64,000 bases of DNA, taken from an uncultured cyanobacterium. GTDB lineage: Bacteria; Cyanobacteriota; Cyanobacteriia; Cyanobacteriales; CAWCAG01. The DNA is taken from assembly GCA_963793425.1 (NCBI GenBank), contig CAWCAG010000007.1, positions 992,001 through 1,056,000 on the forward strand, read 5' to 3'. Below, one piece after another: positions 9,722-19,932 of this stretch (position 1 is its first letter; every line of letters begins with the position of its first letter). A program made the translations under genes and the position numbers. The notes under the pieces were generated by a model. The model was not told where the DNA came from and did not search any database. It was given only the letters and a program-made list of their open reading frames with translations.

Positions 9722-10915
9722 ATGACTGAACAGCCTGCACGTATATGTATTCTTGGGGGCGGATTTGGTGGCTTATATACCGCCTTGCGTCTGAGGGAAT
9801 TACCCTGGGAACAAACGAATAAACCCCAAATTACCCTCATTGATCGTAATGATCGCTTCTTATTTTCTCCCCTTTTGTACGAACTGCTTACAGAAGAATT
9901 GCAAACTTGGGAAATTGCTCCTCCTTTTACAGAAATTTTGGCCGATACTGGTATCAGCTTTTGTCAAGGTAATGTGGTTGGCATTGATACTGAAGCCCAG
10001 CAGGTAAGTTTGGAGAGTGGCTTCCAACTACCCTACGATAAGCTGGTAGTTGCCTTGGGGGGTAAAACTCCTTTGGATATAGTTCCTGGCGCAGCAGATT
10101 ATGCCATTCCTTTCCGTAGTTTGAGTCATGCCCGTTGCTTACAAGAAAAGTTGCGGACTTTAGAAAATTCTGACGCAGAGAAGATTCGCATTGCGATTGT
10201 GGGGGGAGGTTATAGCGGTGTGGAATTGGCTTGTAAACTAGCAGATAGGCTCAAAGAAAGGGGTAGGTTGCGTATTGTTGATATTGGCGGAGATATTCTC
10301 AACAACTCAACTAAGTTCAATCGCCAAGCCGCCAAAGAAGCATTGCAAAAACGCGGCGTTTGGTTAGACTTAGAAACTAAGGTAGAATCCGTCACCTCAG
10401 AAACAATTGCTCTAGATTATAAGGGACAAGTTGATACCATCCCCGTAGATGTGGTTCTCTGGACTGTGGGGACGCGAGTTTCGGGATTTATTAAGGATTT
10501 ACCTTTCAAGAAAAATCAACAGGGCTTACTGGAAGTACATCCAACCTTACAAATTTGCGATCGCCCTGATATTTTTGCTTTAGGAGATGTCATTGCTTGT
10601 CGAGATGCCGAAGGGCAAGAAGTTCCCTCAACAGCCCAAGCTGCTTTTCAACAATCAGATTATTGTGCCTGGAATATTTGGGCTTCGTTGACACAACGTC
10701 CTTTACTTCCTTTCCGTTACAAAAACTTAGGAGAAATGTTGGCATTGGGTAAAGATGAAGCGACTCTGACAGGTTTAGGAGTCGAGTTAGCCGGAACTCC
10801 TGCTTATATAGCCAGACGTTTAATGTATCTTTATCGCCTCCCCACTTCTAAACATCAACTTTCCGTTGGTTTGAAATGGATCACTCAACCACTGCTGGAA
10901 TTATTTTCTCAATAA
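9722..10915 (+). CDS. ndbB: Type II NAD(P)H dehydrogenase-like / demethylphylloquinone reductase
   Basis: RICILGGGFGGLYTALRL, FSPLLYELL, IVGGGYSGVELA, AQAAFQQSDYCAWN. Confidence 0.8.
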   Translation: MTEQPARICILGGGFGGLYTALRLRELPWEQTNKPQITLIDRNDRFLFSPLLYELLTEELQTWEIAPPFTEILADTGISFCQGNVVGIDTEAQQVSLESGFQLPYDKLVVALGGKTPLDIVPGAADYAIPFRSLSHARCLQEKLRTLENSDAEKIRIAIVGGGYSGVELACKLADRLKERGRLRIVDIGGDILNNSTKFNRQAAKEALQKRGVWLDLETKVESVTSETIALDYKGQVDTIPVDVVLWTVGTRVSGFIKDLPFKKNQQGLLEVHPTLQICDRPDIFALGDVIACRDAEGQEVPSTAQAAFQQSDYCAWNIWASLTQRPLLPFRYKNLGEMLALGKDEATLTGLGVELAGTPAYIARRLMYLYRLPTSKHQLSVGLKWITQPLLELFSQ

Positions 10916-10960
10916 ATTGATCATCAACTCTTTCCTTTCCTAGCCTAACGGTAATTGGAA

Positions 10961-11010
10961 CCCTACTCCCTACTCCCTACTCCCTACCCCAACAGATAAG
11001 TCATGCCACT
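10961..11010. repeat. (CCCTACT)4 tandem repeat plus CCCCAACAGATAAGTCATGCCACT element
   Basis: Tandem heptamers; the adjoining motif recurs at 37633, 47902 and 49401. Confidence 0.7.
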
Positions 11011-11031
11011 CAACACCAATTTGGTACGAAT

Positions 11032-11670
11032 ATGGAACCCAAAGTAATTTTCTTAGATGCTGTTGGTACTTTGTTTGGGGTACAAGGGAGTGTGGGAGAA
11101 ATATATCGGCAGATCGCCCTTGACTTTGGGGTAGATGCCCCGGCTGAAGCTTTGAATAAAGCCTTTTTCCAAAGTTTCAAAGCTTCTCAATCTTTAGAAT
11201 TTCCTGAAGCTAAGGCCCCAGAAATTTTTGAATTAGAATTCCAATGGTGGCAGGCGATCGCCCAAGAAACTTTTACAATTGTGGGAGTTGCAGAACAGTT
11301 CGGTAACTTCACAGCTTTTTTTGCGGATCTCTATGCCCACTTTGCCACGGCTGAACCTTGGTATGTTTATCCTGATGTTCTCCCTGCCCTCAAACAATGG
11401 CAGCAAAAAGAGATTACTTTGGGAATTATTTCTAATTTTGATTCTCGCCTCTACGGGGTTTTAAAAGCTTTAGATTTGCATGATTTTTTCACTAGTATTA
11501 CTATTTCTTCTCAAGCTAGAGCAGCAAAGCCAAGAAGCGAGATTTTTCAGGCTGCTTTGGCACAACATAATTGTCAAGCAACCGAAGTACTGCACATTGG
11601 TGATAGCTTAAAGGAAGATTATTATGGGGCTAAGGCGGCTGGGATAAGACCATTTTTGCTAAGGCGTTAG
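11032..11670 (+). CDS. HAD-superfamily hydrolase (REG-2-like)
   Basis: FLDAVGTLF, ISNFDSRL, KP..EIF, HIGDS..EDY.GA. Confidence 0.88.
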   Translation: MEPKVIFLDAVGTLFGVQGSVGEIYRQIALDFGVDAPAEALNKAFFQSFKASQSLEFPEAKAPEIFELEFQWWQAIAQETFTIVGVAEQFGNFTAFFADLYAHFATAEPWYVYPDVLPALKQWQQKEITLGIISNFDSRLYGVLKALDLHDFFTSITISSQARAAKPRSEIFQAALAQHNCQATEVLHIGDSLKEDYYGAKAAGIRPFLLRR

Positions 11671-12115
11671 GAAGAAAAGCAATAAGCAAAACTTTTCTGT
11701 CTTGTGGTTAAGGTTTAAATAATTTAAACTTCAACAGTTTTTGAGGGGCTTTATGAAGTTATGTTGAGAACGGTTTAATAAGGGTTTGCAAGGGCTTTTT
11801 TTTGTAATAGAATTAATCAAGATTTATAAATAATGATAAGCTTGTCCTTTTTATGCTCAAAATCATCTTTAACTGAGTAAAACCAACGTGAAATAGGGAT
11901 TTTCCTTAAATTGAACAGCTTAGAGAAAGAGATTGTGGCATAATACAAACTATATTACAATCACTTGTCTTTGGGACTAAATTTAATTACCTATTGACAA
12001 AATGTAGCTTTTAAGATTTGCAAAATTTTATCCAAAAGCAAGACGCTAGTTGCTAAAACCTCAGACTTGGTAAGGATATTTCATTAATTGGATGGAGTAC
12101 TCTTAGCGATCGCCA

Positions 12116-13855
12116 CTATTCGCTCAAAACCGGTATTTTATAAAGGGGAACAGTGAAAGTTACTGTAGAACCTAAACCTTCCCCCATACTATAGAAATTA
12201 ACTACTCCTCCCATCGCTTCAATCAGCTTTTGAGAAATAGCTAAACCTAAACCTGTCCCCCCGTAGGTACGGGTACGAGAACCATCTACCTGACTAAAAG
12301 ATTGGAAAAGACGTTCTTGCTTATCTAAAGCAACCCCAATTCCTGTATCTGCGACCCTAACCATAACTAGCCCAGGAAGTTCTTCACTATTCACCACCAT
12401 TTTCTTCTTCACAACCTCGGCGCTAATAGTTACCCCGCCTTCCTGGGTAAACTTAATAGCATTACCGACTAAATTAAGCAAAACTTGCTTCAATCGTTGA
12501 TAATTCCCATAGAGAATAATACCGTCAGGATCACGGGTTGCCGGAATTTTGTTCGTGTAACTAAGGTTTTTATGGTGTGCCTGGGAACTGGTAAAACTAT
12601 CTACATCGTGAATTAACTCATTGAGGGGAACTGTGGTTAATTCCAACTCCATCTTGCCTGCTTCAATTTTGGCAATATCGAGAACATCATTAATTAAATT
12701 AAGTAAATGTAGGGCTGATTTGTGTGCCTCGTCAATAAATTCTTCTTGTTCTTCTGGGGTGTCTGCCATCCCTTCAATGATTAGTTTCAGAAAACCAATG
12801 ATGCCATTCAAGGGAGTACGTAATTCATGGGAGGTGTTAGCCAGAAATTCGCTTTTAAGGCGAGAAGCTTCTTCAGCTTGGTTACGGGCTTCTTCTAATT
12901 CTCCATATAGGGTAGCGTGGGCAATGGCTGTACCTACCTGATCTGCCAACTCCTGGACTAATTCAATTTCGGCATTATGCCATTGGCGGTGGCGATCACA
13001 TTGTTGTAAGTAAATAATCCCGTTGGGTTGATTGCGATAGCTTGTGGTAGCAACTAAAATTGATTTTGCTCCCGCTGCACAGCTATTAATTTTAGTGGTT
13101 GGGTCAAGGCTATCCATAGCCAAGGGAATTTCACTACTCAGGGCTTGTTGAATATAAGGTTCTGCTTTTAATGTAGTCTCTAAACTCAATAAAGATTGGA
13201 TTTGCCCTTGTAGGTATTCCGCTTCGACTTTAAGTTTATTTTTGTTTTTGTCTCGACTAACTTCTTGGTAAGACAGTATTAAACAACGACTAACATTTAA
13301 GGCTTCTCCTAACTCGCTCACCGTCTTCTGCCAAATCACTTTAAGTTTAAGGGTACGACGTATGTTACGAGCAATTTCTTTTAACAGTTCTTGATAAGGA
13401 TCAGGAGCTATCAATAGCCCTGATTGAGCCAATTCAGGAGAACTATTTTCCGGCAATAAATGCCCTGTCACCAAAACTAATTCGTTTTCCCCAGAAGCAG
13501 TTAAGACTGGACTTATGACTAGTTGCCAAGGAAACAATCTGTCACGGTATTTAAAAAAGCAAGAACATTTTTCAGGAATACCTTTTTCTAAAACCTGCTG
13601 GATTAATTTTTGGTAAGCTTTTTCATTGACAGGACAGATTGTTTCTTGTAAAGAGCTACCCACTATTTCTTCACAGTCAATACCATATTCTTGAGCTGCT
13701 TGCCAATAAAATGATAAATATTGACCAGATTTGTTTTGTGCGAAAACAAGTTCCGCTCCCAAGGTATTCCAAAGAACTGAGTTTTGATTAGAAAGAACCG
13801 ATTCCATATCATTAGACTCTAATTGAGGTAAGGGGAAATCATTGGGAGCAACCAT
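12116..13855 (-). CDS. PAS-like/GAF sensor histidine kinase
   Basis: GAF region (LQQCDRHRQW..EIELV), H-box FLANTSHELRTPLNG, NLVGNAIKFT, DTGIG, GGTGLGL. Confidence 0.9.
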   Translation of the reverse strand: MVAPNDFPLPQLESNDMESVLSNQNSVLWNTLGAELVFAQNKSGQYLSFYWQAAQEYGIDCEEIVGSSLQETICPVNEKAYQKLIQQVLEKGIPEKCSCFFKYRDRLFPWQLVISPVLTASGENELVLVTGHLLPENSSPELAQSGLLIAPDPYQELLKEIARNIRRTLKLKVIWQKTVSELGEALNVSRCLILSYQEVSRDKNKNKLKVEAEYLQGQIQSLLSLETTLKAEPYIQQALSSEIPLAMDSLDPTTKINSCAAGAKSILVATTSYRNQPNGIIYLQQCDRHRQWHNAEIELVQELADQVGTAIAHATLYGELEEARNQAEEASRLKSEFLANTSHELRTPLNGIIGFLKLIIEGMADTPEEQEEFIDEAHKSALHLLNLINDVLDIAKIEAGKMELELTTVPLNELIHDVDSFTSSQAHHKNLSYTNKIPATRDPDGIILYGNYQRLKQVLLNLVGNAIKFTQEGGVTISAEVVKKKMVVNSEELPGLVMVRVADTGIGVALDKQERLFQSFSQVDGSRTRTYGGTGLGLAISQKLIEAMGGVVNFYSMGEGLGSTVTFTVPLYKIPVLSE

Positions 13856-13935
13856 GATTCTCAAATTTATTGCCAAAATATTAAGATTAAATTTATAACT
13901 TAAACTTTGACGGTTTGTCAGGGAATAGTCAAAAT

Positions 13936-14169
13936 TTAATCATTCCATTCTCCTCGTGGGGGAACTGGAGGATTGCGGGTAAGGTTCCGGGCTAAGTCTT
14001 CATCTAGTTGCCTTTCTCCTCGAAGCCACTGCTTGATAGCAGTTTCAATTATACGGCTAGGATTATTGGTAAGATGCTGAATCTGTTCAAGCAGTTCCGA
14101 ATCAAGATGTATTGATATTTCTACTTTTTCAGTAGAGCGCCCAGAAGAAACTAATTTATTATCGTTCAT
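13936..14169 (-). CDS. Small conserved cyanobacterial protein, RHH/CcdA-like
   Basis: VEISIHLDSELLEQI..IIETAIKQWLRG; likely ATG at 14169. Confidence 0.6.
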   Translation of the reverse strand: MNDNKLVSSGRSTEKVEISIHLDSELLEQIQHLTNNPSRIIETAIKQWLRGERQLDEDLARNLTRNPPVPPRGEWND

Positions 14170-14502
14170 AGTGCTGGATAATTTATTGGTATTTATGATT
14201 TTACGACCTAATTTTGGGGAAAACCACAAAATTAGGTTGGTTTTCTGTAGCTTATTTTTTATTTCGAAACTAAAGAGAAAATCTTATAATTGGTAATATC
14301 ACTTATGATTGCAGCTTAAATTTCGGGCTTGAATAGTTTAAGTAATGGTTTTGCGTTATACATTTAATCATTAATGCTTAAAATACATATCAAGAAACAA
14401 AGAGATAAGAGAAATTTCTTGTAAACAAATCAAGACCTACTGACGAAATCAACATTAAAATAAGTTAAGGTTCATAGATTTTCTTTCGCTGCTCAGATAA
14501 AT

Positions 14503-16311
14503 ATGACTGATGTTCCCGTTTCTCGCATTCGCAATTTCTCCATTATTGCTCATATAGATCATGGCAAGTCCACTTTAGCTGATCGCTTACTCCAAGTCAC
14601 TGAAACAGTTCAAAAAAGACAGATGAAAGAACAGTTTCTTGACAACATGGATCTAGAGCGAGAAAGGGGCATCACCATCAAACTACAAGCTGCTCGCATG
14701 AATTACAGAGCAGAAGATGGGGAAAATTATGTCCTCAATCTCATTGATACTCCTGGTCATGTAGACTTTTCTTATGAAGTTTCTCGTTCGTTGGTAGCTT
14801 GTGAAGGGGCTTTGTTGGTAGTAGATGCTTCTCAAGGTGTAGAAGCCCAAACCTTGGCTAATGTTTATTTAGCCTTAGAACACGACCTAGAGATTATTCC
14901 TGTTTTAAACAAAATTGATCTTCCTGGTGCAGAACCCGAAAGAATCATCCAAGAAATAGAGGAAGTGATTGGTTTAGATTGTAGCAACGCTATCTTAGCA
15001 TCGGCAAAGCAAGGATTAGGTATTAAAGAAATCCTAGAATCTATTGTTCGCCTTGTTCCTTCGCCCCAAGATAACATAGAAAAACCTTTGCGGGCGCTGA
15101 TTTTTGATAGTTATTATGATCCCTATCGTGGTGTGATTGTTTATTTTCGTGTTGTTGATGGCAAAGTCAAAAAAGGGGATCGCGTTTTATTGATGGCTTC
15201 GGGTAAGGAGTATGAAATTGATGAGTTAGGAGTGCTTTCACCCAGCCAAATTCAGGTAGAGGAACTCCACGCCGGGGAAGTTGGTTATTTTGCTGCCGCC
15301 ATTAAAACCGTAGAAGATGCGCGGGTGGGGGATACCATAACTTTAGTCCATAACCCGGCACAAGAGGCATTGCCAGGTTATACAGAGGCTAAACCCATGG
15401 TATTCTGCGGACTTTTCCCCACTGAATCTGATCAGTATAAAGATTTGCGAGAAGCTTTAGATAAGCTTAAACTCAACGATGCGGCCCTTTCCTTTGAACC
15501 AGAAACGTCTACTGCTATGGGTTTCGGTTTCCGTTGCGGCTTTTTGGGTTTGCTACATATGGAAATTGTCCAAGAACGTCTAGAAAGGGAATACAATCTT
15601 GATCTGATTACCACTGCCCCTTCGGTAATTTATCGCATCACCAACACCGATGGGGAAGTATTTGAGGTAGATAATCCCAGTCAGCTACCCGATCCTCAAA
15701 AACGAGAGAAAATCGAAGAGCCTTATATCCTGGTGGAAATGATTACCCCAGAGGAATATGTAGGGGCGTTGATGGAACTCTGTCAAGGGCGTAGGGGGGG
15801 TTATAAAGATATGAAATATTTTGCCCAAGGACGTACAACCCTAGTTTATGAACTTCCTTTAGCTGAAGTGGTGACAGACTTTTTTGATCAGCTTAAATCT
15901 CGCTCTCGTGGTTATGCGAGTATGGAATATCGCTTTCTAGATTATCGGGATAATCCTTTAGTGAAATTAGATATTCTCGTTAATGGCGATCGCGTAGATT
16001 CTTTAGCTACCATAGTCCACCGAGACAAAGCTTACTTTCTAGGGCGTTCCTTAACTGAAAAACTAAAAGAATTAATTCCTCGCCACCAATTTAAAATTCC
16101 TCTCCAAGCTGCTATTGGTGGGAAAATTATTGCGAGTGAACATATTCCGGCTTTGCGTAAGGATGTTTTAGCTAAATGCTATGGCGGCGATATTTCCCGT
16201 AAGAAGAAGTTATTACAAAAGCAAGCTAAAGGGAAAAAACGTATGAAGTCTATTGGTACTGTTGATGTTCCTCAAGAGGCTTTTATGGCTGTTTTGAAGT
16301 TGGATAATTAG
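14503..16311 (+). CDS. lepA: Translation elongation factor 4
   Basis: [44 protein letters not shown]. Confidence 0.98.
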   Translation: MTDVPVSRIRNFSIIAHIDHGKSTLADRLLQVTETVQKRQMKEQFLDNMDLERERGITIKLQAARMNYRAEDGENYVLNLIDTPGHVDFSYEVSRSLVACEGALLVVDASQGVEAQTLANVYLALEHDLEIIPVLNKIDLPGAEPERIIQEIEEVIGLDCSNAILASAKQGLGIKEILESIVRLVPSPQDNIEKPLRALIFDSYYDPYRGVIVYFRVVDGKVKKGDRVLLMASGKEYEIDELGVLSPSQIQVEELHAGEVGYFAAAIKTVEDARVGDTITLVHNPAQEALPGYTEAKPMVFCGLFPTESDQYKDLREALDKLKLNDAALSFEPETSTAMGFGFRCGFLGLLHMEIVQERLEREYNLDLITTAPSVIYRITNTDGEVFEVDNPSQLPDPQKREKIEEPYILVEMITPEEYVGALMELCQGRRGGYKDMKYFAQGRTTLVYELPLAEVVTDFFDQLKSRSRGYASMEYRFLDYRDNPLVKLDILVNGDRVDSLATIVHRDKAYFLGRSLTEKLKELIPRHQFKIPLQAAIGGKIIASEHIPALRKDVLAKCYGGDISRKKKLLQKQAKGKKRMKSIGTVDVPQEAFMAVLKLDN

Positions 16312-16325
16312 TAAAGAACTATCAG

Positions 16326-16833
16326 ATGAATATTGATGATATCAAGAGTCTCTACTACATTACCCATATAAAAAACTTACCGTCTATACTTGAAGATGGC
16401 ATTTTATCCCACGGAAAAGTTGATGAGTTAAATGTTTCTTACCGCAACCAAGCCTTATCTCTACAAAAGGGAAGCATCTTTAGATGAAGAATTAGCAGAT
16501 TTAACTCTGCCTTTAAAAACTCCCAACGCCGTGAAATGGTTTCTGCTATTTGCTACTAAAAGGAAGTGGCGAGAAAACTCTCGTCGAGATGATATTGAAG
16601 CTGGTTTGAATTGGATTAGAAGTAGTTATCAAGAAGTAGGAATAAAATCTTTAGCGATGCCTGCTTTAGGTTGCGGTTTCGGCAACTTAAACTGGGCTGA
16701 TATCGGCCCATTGATGTGTCGTTACTTACACAATATTGAGATTCCCGTTGCTATTTATCTCCCCCAAGAACAGAAAATTGCTTTTGAATACCAAACAGAA
16801 AACTATTTGTTACAACGAAATCAGGTTTCCTAG
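16326..16833 (+). pseudogene. Internally deleted DarT (DUF4433) / macrodomain (DarG-like) remnant
   Basis: ATG at 16326 gives MNIDDIKSLYYITHIKNLPSILEDGILSH (DarT-like N-terminus); from about 16438 another frame gives FATKRKWRENS..IKSLAMPALGCGFGNLNW (macrodomain C-terminal half). Confidence 0.75.
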
Positions 16834-16988
16834 GTAAGCCTCATAAGGAAACTTGACTTCTCTGACCTGAGAAAATGTTTGACCATTCAAAGGAGGAGTA
16901 TTGTGATTAAAGAGATCCATGGTGGGAAAAAAAGAAGATGAACCATATAATATTTGCCTGATCCAAAATATGCACTTATAATCTGAAA

Positions 16989-17008
16989 TATAACGAGCGT
17001 TTGATATA
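16989..17008. promoter_or_regulatory. Putative TetR operator 1
   Basis: TATAACGAGCGTTTGATATA, an imperfect palindrome immediately before the TetR ATG; resembles the site at 17613. Confidence 0.6.
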
Positions 17009-17010
17009 AA

Positions 17011-17580
17011 ATGCCTAAAACAGTTGATGTCCAGCAATATCGTCAAGAACTTCTCAGTAAGTGCTTCGATCTATTTGCTGAAAAAGGCTATGCCAATGTA
17101 ACTACGAGGCAAATTGCTAAAGAATTGGGAGTATCAACTGGTACTTTATATCATTACTTTCCCAATAAACAGGTACTGTTTGAACAGCTAGTAGAACAAG
17201 TTTGCTTGCAAGATGTGGAGGTTATCAAAAAGGTTGATAAAAACCAAACTAGATCCCAGAGGATAACAGCTTTAGGTCAAATATTAATTGAAAACCAAGA
17301 ATACGCTATTAAGCAAGCAGCAATCTGGACTAATTTCCGTCAACATTCTTCGGCAAGAGATCTGGACGATAGTTTGTTATGCCAACAGATTGATTCTCGT
17401 TATGAACAGGCTGTATCAGAATTACTCGATCTTAACAATCCTCAAATAGCTAAGTTTATTTGGACTCTAGTTGATGGCATATCAATTAATCAAATCGGTA
17501 ATTCAGATTCTTTTGTGGTTCAGGTTGAATTGCTAATTCAGATGTTGATTGCTTATTTTGAAAAACATACTTCAGCCTAA
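17011..17580 (+). CDS. TetR/AcrR family transcriptional regulator
   Basis: LFAEKGYANVTTRQIAKELGVSTGTLYHYFPNK. Confidence 0.93.
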   Translation: MPKTVDVQQYRQELLSKCFDLFAEKGYANVTTRQIAKELGVSTGTLYHYFPNKQVLFEQLVEQVCLQDVEVIKKVDKNQTRSQRITALGQILIENQEYAIKQAAIWTNFRQHSSARDLDDSLLCQQIDSRYEQAVSELLDLNNPQIAKFIWTLVDGISINQIGNSDSFVVQVELLIQMLIAYFEKHTSA

Positions 17581-17612
17581 CAAAGAAGTAATAAATATTT
17601 TTTTGTCTTTTT

Positions 17613-17630
17613 TATAACGAGCGCTCGGTC
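17613..17630. promoter_or_regulatory. Putative TetR operator 2
   Basis: TATAACGAGCGCTCGGTC with a perfect CGAGCGCTCG core, upstream of the AAGGAG RBS of the desaturase gene. Confidence 0.65.
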
Positions 17631-17650
17631 AAAATTCACCAAAGGAGAAC

Positions 17651-18472
17651 ATGATGCTAGATATTACTGAATTAGGAAAATCAATTGAGGAGATAGGTTT
17701 CGCCATCTTAATTGTCTTGGCAGTAGTCGAAATAGTAGTTGATATTCTTAATCATAATCAACGTAACTATCAAGATACAGTTGCTAATATTGCGATCGCC
17801 GTTGTATATATATTTGCTAGTACAGCCGCAGTCTATTTTATTGCCCTTAAGGGTTTGCAGTTTTTTAGTCAGTTCAGTTTGATGAACATGGAAACAAACA
17901 TTTGGACATTGATTTTAGCTGTTGCGATCGCCGATTTCATTTATTATTGGGAACATCGAGTCGAACATCGAATTCGCTTTTTTTGGGCATACCACAGCGT
18001 TCATCATAGTTCGATGGATTACAACTATACAGTAGCATCAAGACTATCTTGGGTTGAGACGTGCTTCCTCTGGATTTTCTATATTCCCATGGCATTATTA
18101 GGCTTCGAGCCGATGCTCATAATTATTGCTATTCAGATTACTGCTGCATATCAAATCTGGATTCATACGCAAAAAATTGGTCACTTAGGAATTCTAGAAA
18201 AAACCCTTAATACTCCTGCCTTACACCGTGTACATCATGCTTCTAATCCTTTATACATAGATAAAAACTTTGGAGGAATATTGATGATTTGGGATCGTTT
18301 GTTTGACACATATCAACCAGAAACTGAAAAGCCAATCTACGGACTTACAAAAAACATTAATACCAACAATCCAATCAAGATTAACGTAATTGAGTATCAG
18401 CGTATTGGTAGCTACCTCGTCAAATTAAAAAGTTTAAAAGATATTTGGAGCAGCATTTGTGGCTCTCCTTAA
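17651..18472 (+). CDS. Sterol desaturase / fatty acid hydroxylase family protein
   Basis: His boxes YYWEHRVEH, HSVHHS, WIHT, HRVHHA; DKNFGGILMIWDRLF. Confidence 0.9.
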   Translation: MMLDITELGKSIEEIGFAILIVLAVVEIVVDILNHNQRNYQDTVANIAIAVVYIFASTAAVYFIALKGLQFFSQFSLMNMETNIWTLILAVAIADFIYYWEHRVEHRIRFFWAYHSVHHSSMDYNYTVASRLSWVETCFLWIFYIPMALLGFEPMLIIIAIQITAAYQIWIHTQKIGHLGILEKTLNTPALHRVHHASNPLYIDKNFGGILMIWDRLFDTYQPETEKPIYGLTKNINTNNPIKINVIEYQRIGSYLVKLKSLKDIWSSICGSP

Positions 18473-18514
18473 ACTCTAGCTTCCATATACTCCGTTTAAA
18501 TGCTATTTGTAACC

Positions 18515-18694
18515 TTACTTTACGAGCAGAATTAGTAGTATTAAGCGCTTGGGAAACTGGCTTGTAATTTCATCAATTGTACTCGCATTGTTGCTTGAAA
18601 CAGCTAATGACTTGTCTATGGCAGTATTTCCAACAAATACCCCGATAAAAAAGGAAGTGCCAAAAGCAAGCACTGAAGTTAGTTTTATTTTCAT
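18515..18694 (-). CDS. Small hypothetical protein with signal-peptide-like N-terminus (possibly a fragment)
   Basis: MKIKLTSVLAFGTSFFIGVFVG. Confidence 0.35.
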   Translation of the reverse strand: MKIKLTSVLAFGTSFFIGVFVGNTAIDKSLAVSSNNASTIDEITSQFPKRLILLILLVK

Positions 18695-18763
18695 ACTCAA
18701 TCCCAAATTTCTTATTCTCAAAAAGCTTCAATATTACGCAGAACTAGTTTTGCTATTGAGTCT

Positions 18764-19225
18764 CTACTGTGCAATAAACTCTTGTGTAACAAACTCTATT
18801 TTGTTAACCTGCTCGTAACCAGGAATCTGATGATCATTTATACGGAGTTCTCCGATAACTTTCTGCTTATTCCCTTGATTAATTTTTCTGATTCTTAGAG
18901 TTATCCTTCCACCGTTAGGAATATCTCCTCTTATTCCTTCAGGAGTTTTAAGTTCTAGTGCTACTTCTGGCCCATCATCTCTACGTCTCAATGACTCACC
19001 AGCAATTAAGAAGAACTCTCGAATTGCAAATCCTGAAGCTTGGTTTGCTCGCATATGATCTGGCAATTGTGATGGGACAGAAATAACTACTCTTCTAATC
19101 GGAGGAGCATTCGTAGGTTCAGAAGCCTCCAAGACAGCTTCAAGTTCGCTCATTCCTCTTTTAGCACCTATGGGAGACCTTGTTGAAGGAGCTAGGTCAC
19201 TCGAATTATTTTCAGATTCTGGCAT
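18764..19225 (-). CDS. Hypothetical protein, probably originally secreted (signal segment detached by a frameshift near 19318)
   Basis: 153-aa ORF; in-frame upstream codons read SICSIVLVCGFSIGLCISAVFS. Confidence 0.5.
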   Translation of the reverse strand: MPESENNSSDLAPSTRSPIGAKRGMSELEAVLEASEPTNAPPIRRVVISVPSQLPDHMRANQASGFAIREFFLIAGESLRRRDDGPEVALELKTPEGIRGDIPNGGRITLRIRKINQGNKQKVIGELRINDHQIPGYEQVNKIEFVTQEFIAQ

Positions 19226-19374
19226 TTGGGTATGACCTGAGTATCGAGTACTAAAAACAGCAGAAATGCAGAGACCTATTGAGAAACCGCAAACAAGAAC
19301 AATCGAACATATGCTTTTTCATCTTATGGGCTTAGCACTTCCAGGCTTGTGCATCCACTAAATTATGAAAAATA

Positions 19375-19818
19375 TTATTTTGTGAGTCTGGTTATTAGTT
19401 CAGAATGCTGTGGAAAAGTATGTAATAACTCTTCTCTGTTGACAAGATCAAGTTGTTCCCAAGTAAAAGCTGGCGCACAAATATTACTTCCAAAAGCAAA
19501 AGGAACTCCGTCAGGTATTTCAGCAGCTTGTAAGCATCCTTTCGGGATAGTAATAACGGGAAGTTCGCCTGCTTTTAAGTTAGTTCCAAGCTGAAAAATA
19601 CGATGTTCTCCATTAGATTCTAAAGTATGTAAAATCAATTTCCCTTGGTGAATTGCCCAAATTTCTTCACTATTCAATACTTTATGAAAGGAAGAAATTG
19701 CTCCCGGTAAAAATAGCCAATGACCAGAAGTACGAAACTGATTACGATGAGTTTCGACAAACTTTGGCCCTTCAGGATGGTCATACCAATCGTAGGCTTC
19801 GAGTATAGCTTTTATCAT
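19375..19818 (-). CDS. Cupin_5 (DUF985) family protein
   Basis: HPEGPKFVETHR, SSFHKV..EEIWAIHQG, CAPAFTWE. Confidence 0.85.
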   Translation of the reverse strand: MIKAILEAYDWYDHPEGPKFVETHRNQFRTSGHWLFLPGAISSFHKVLNSEEIWAIHQGKLILHTLESNGEHRIFQLGTNLKAGELPVITIPKGCLQAAEIPDGVPFAFGSNICAPAFTWEQLDLVNREELLHTFPQHSELITRLTK

Positions 19819-19932
19819 TGATCATTAAATATTAGACATTCCGTTTCCTGTAGGGGCGACCCGTTTCCTAAATGTTATCAAAAAACCTTGGTTTAAATTG
19901 GATTGCCCTCTTGAGCGATTAGCAATTAGCAA

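Noticed and set aside
11671..12115. Possible ncRNA in the 445-bp region between convergent genes
   Set aside because: Only short AT-rich palindromes; no convincing structure or recognisable family
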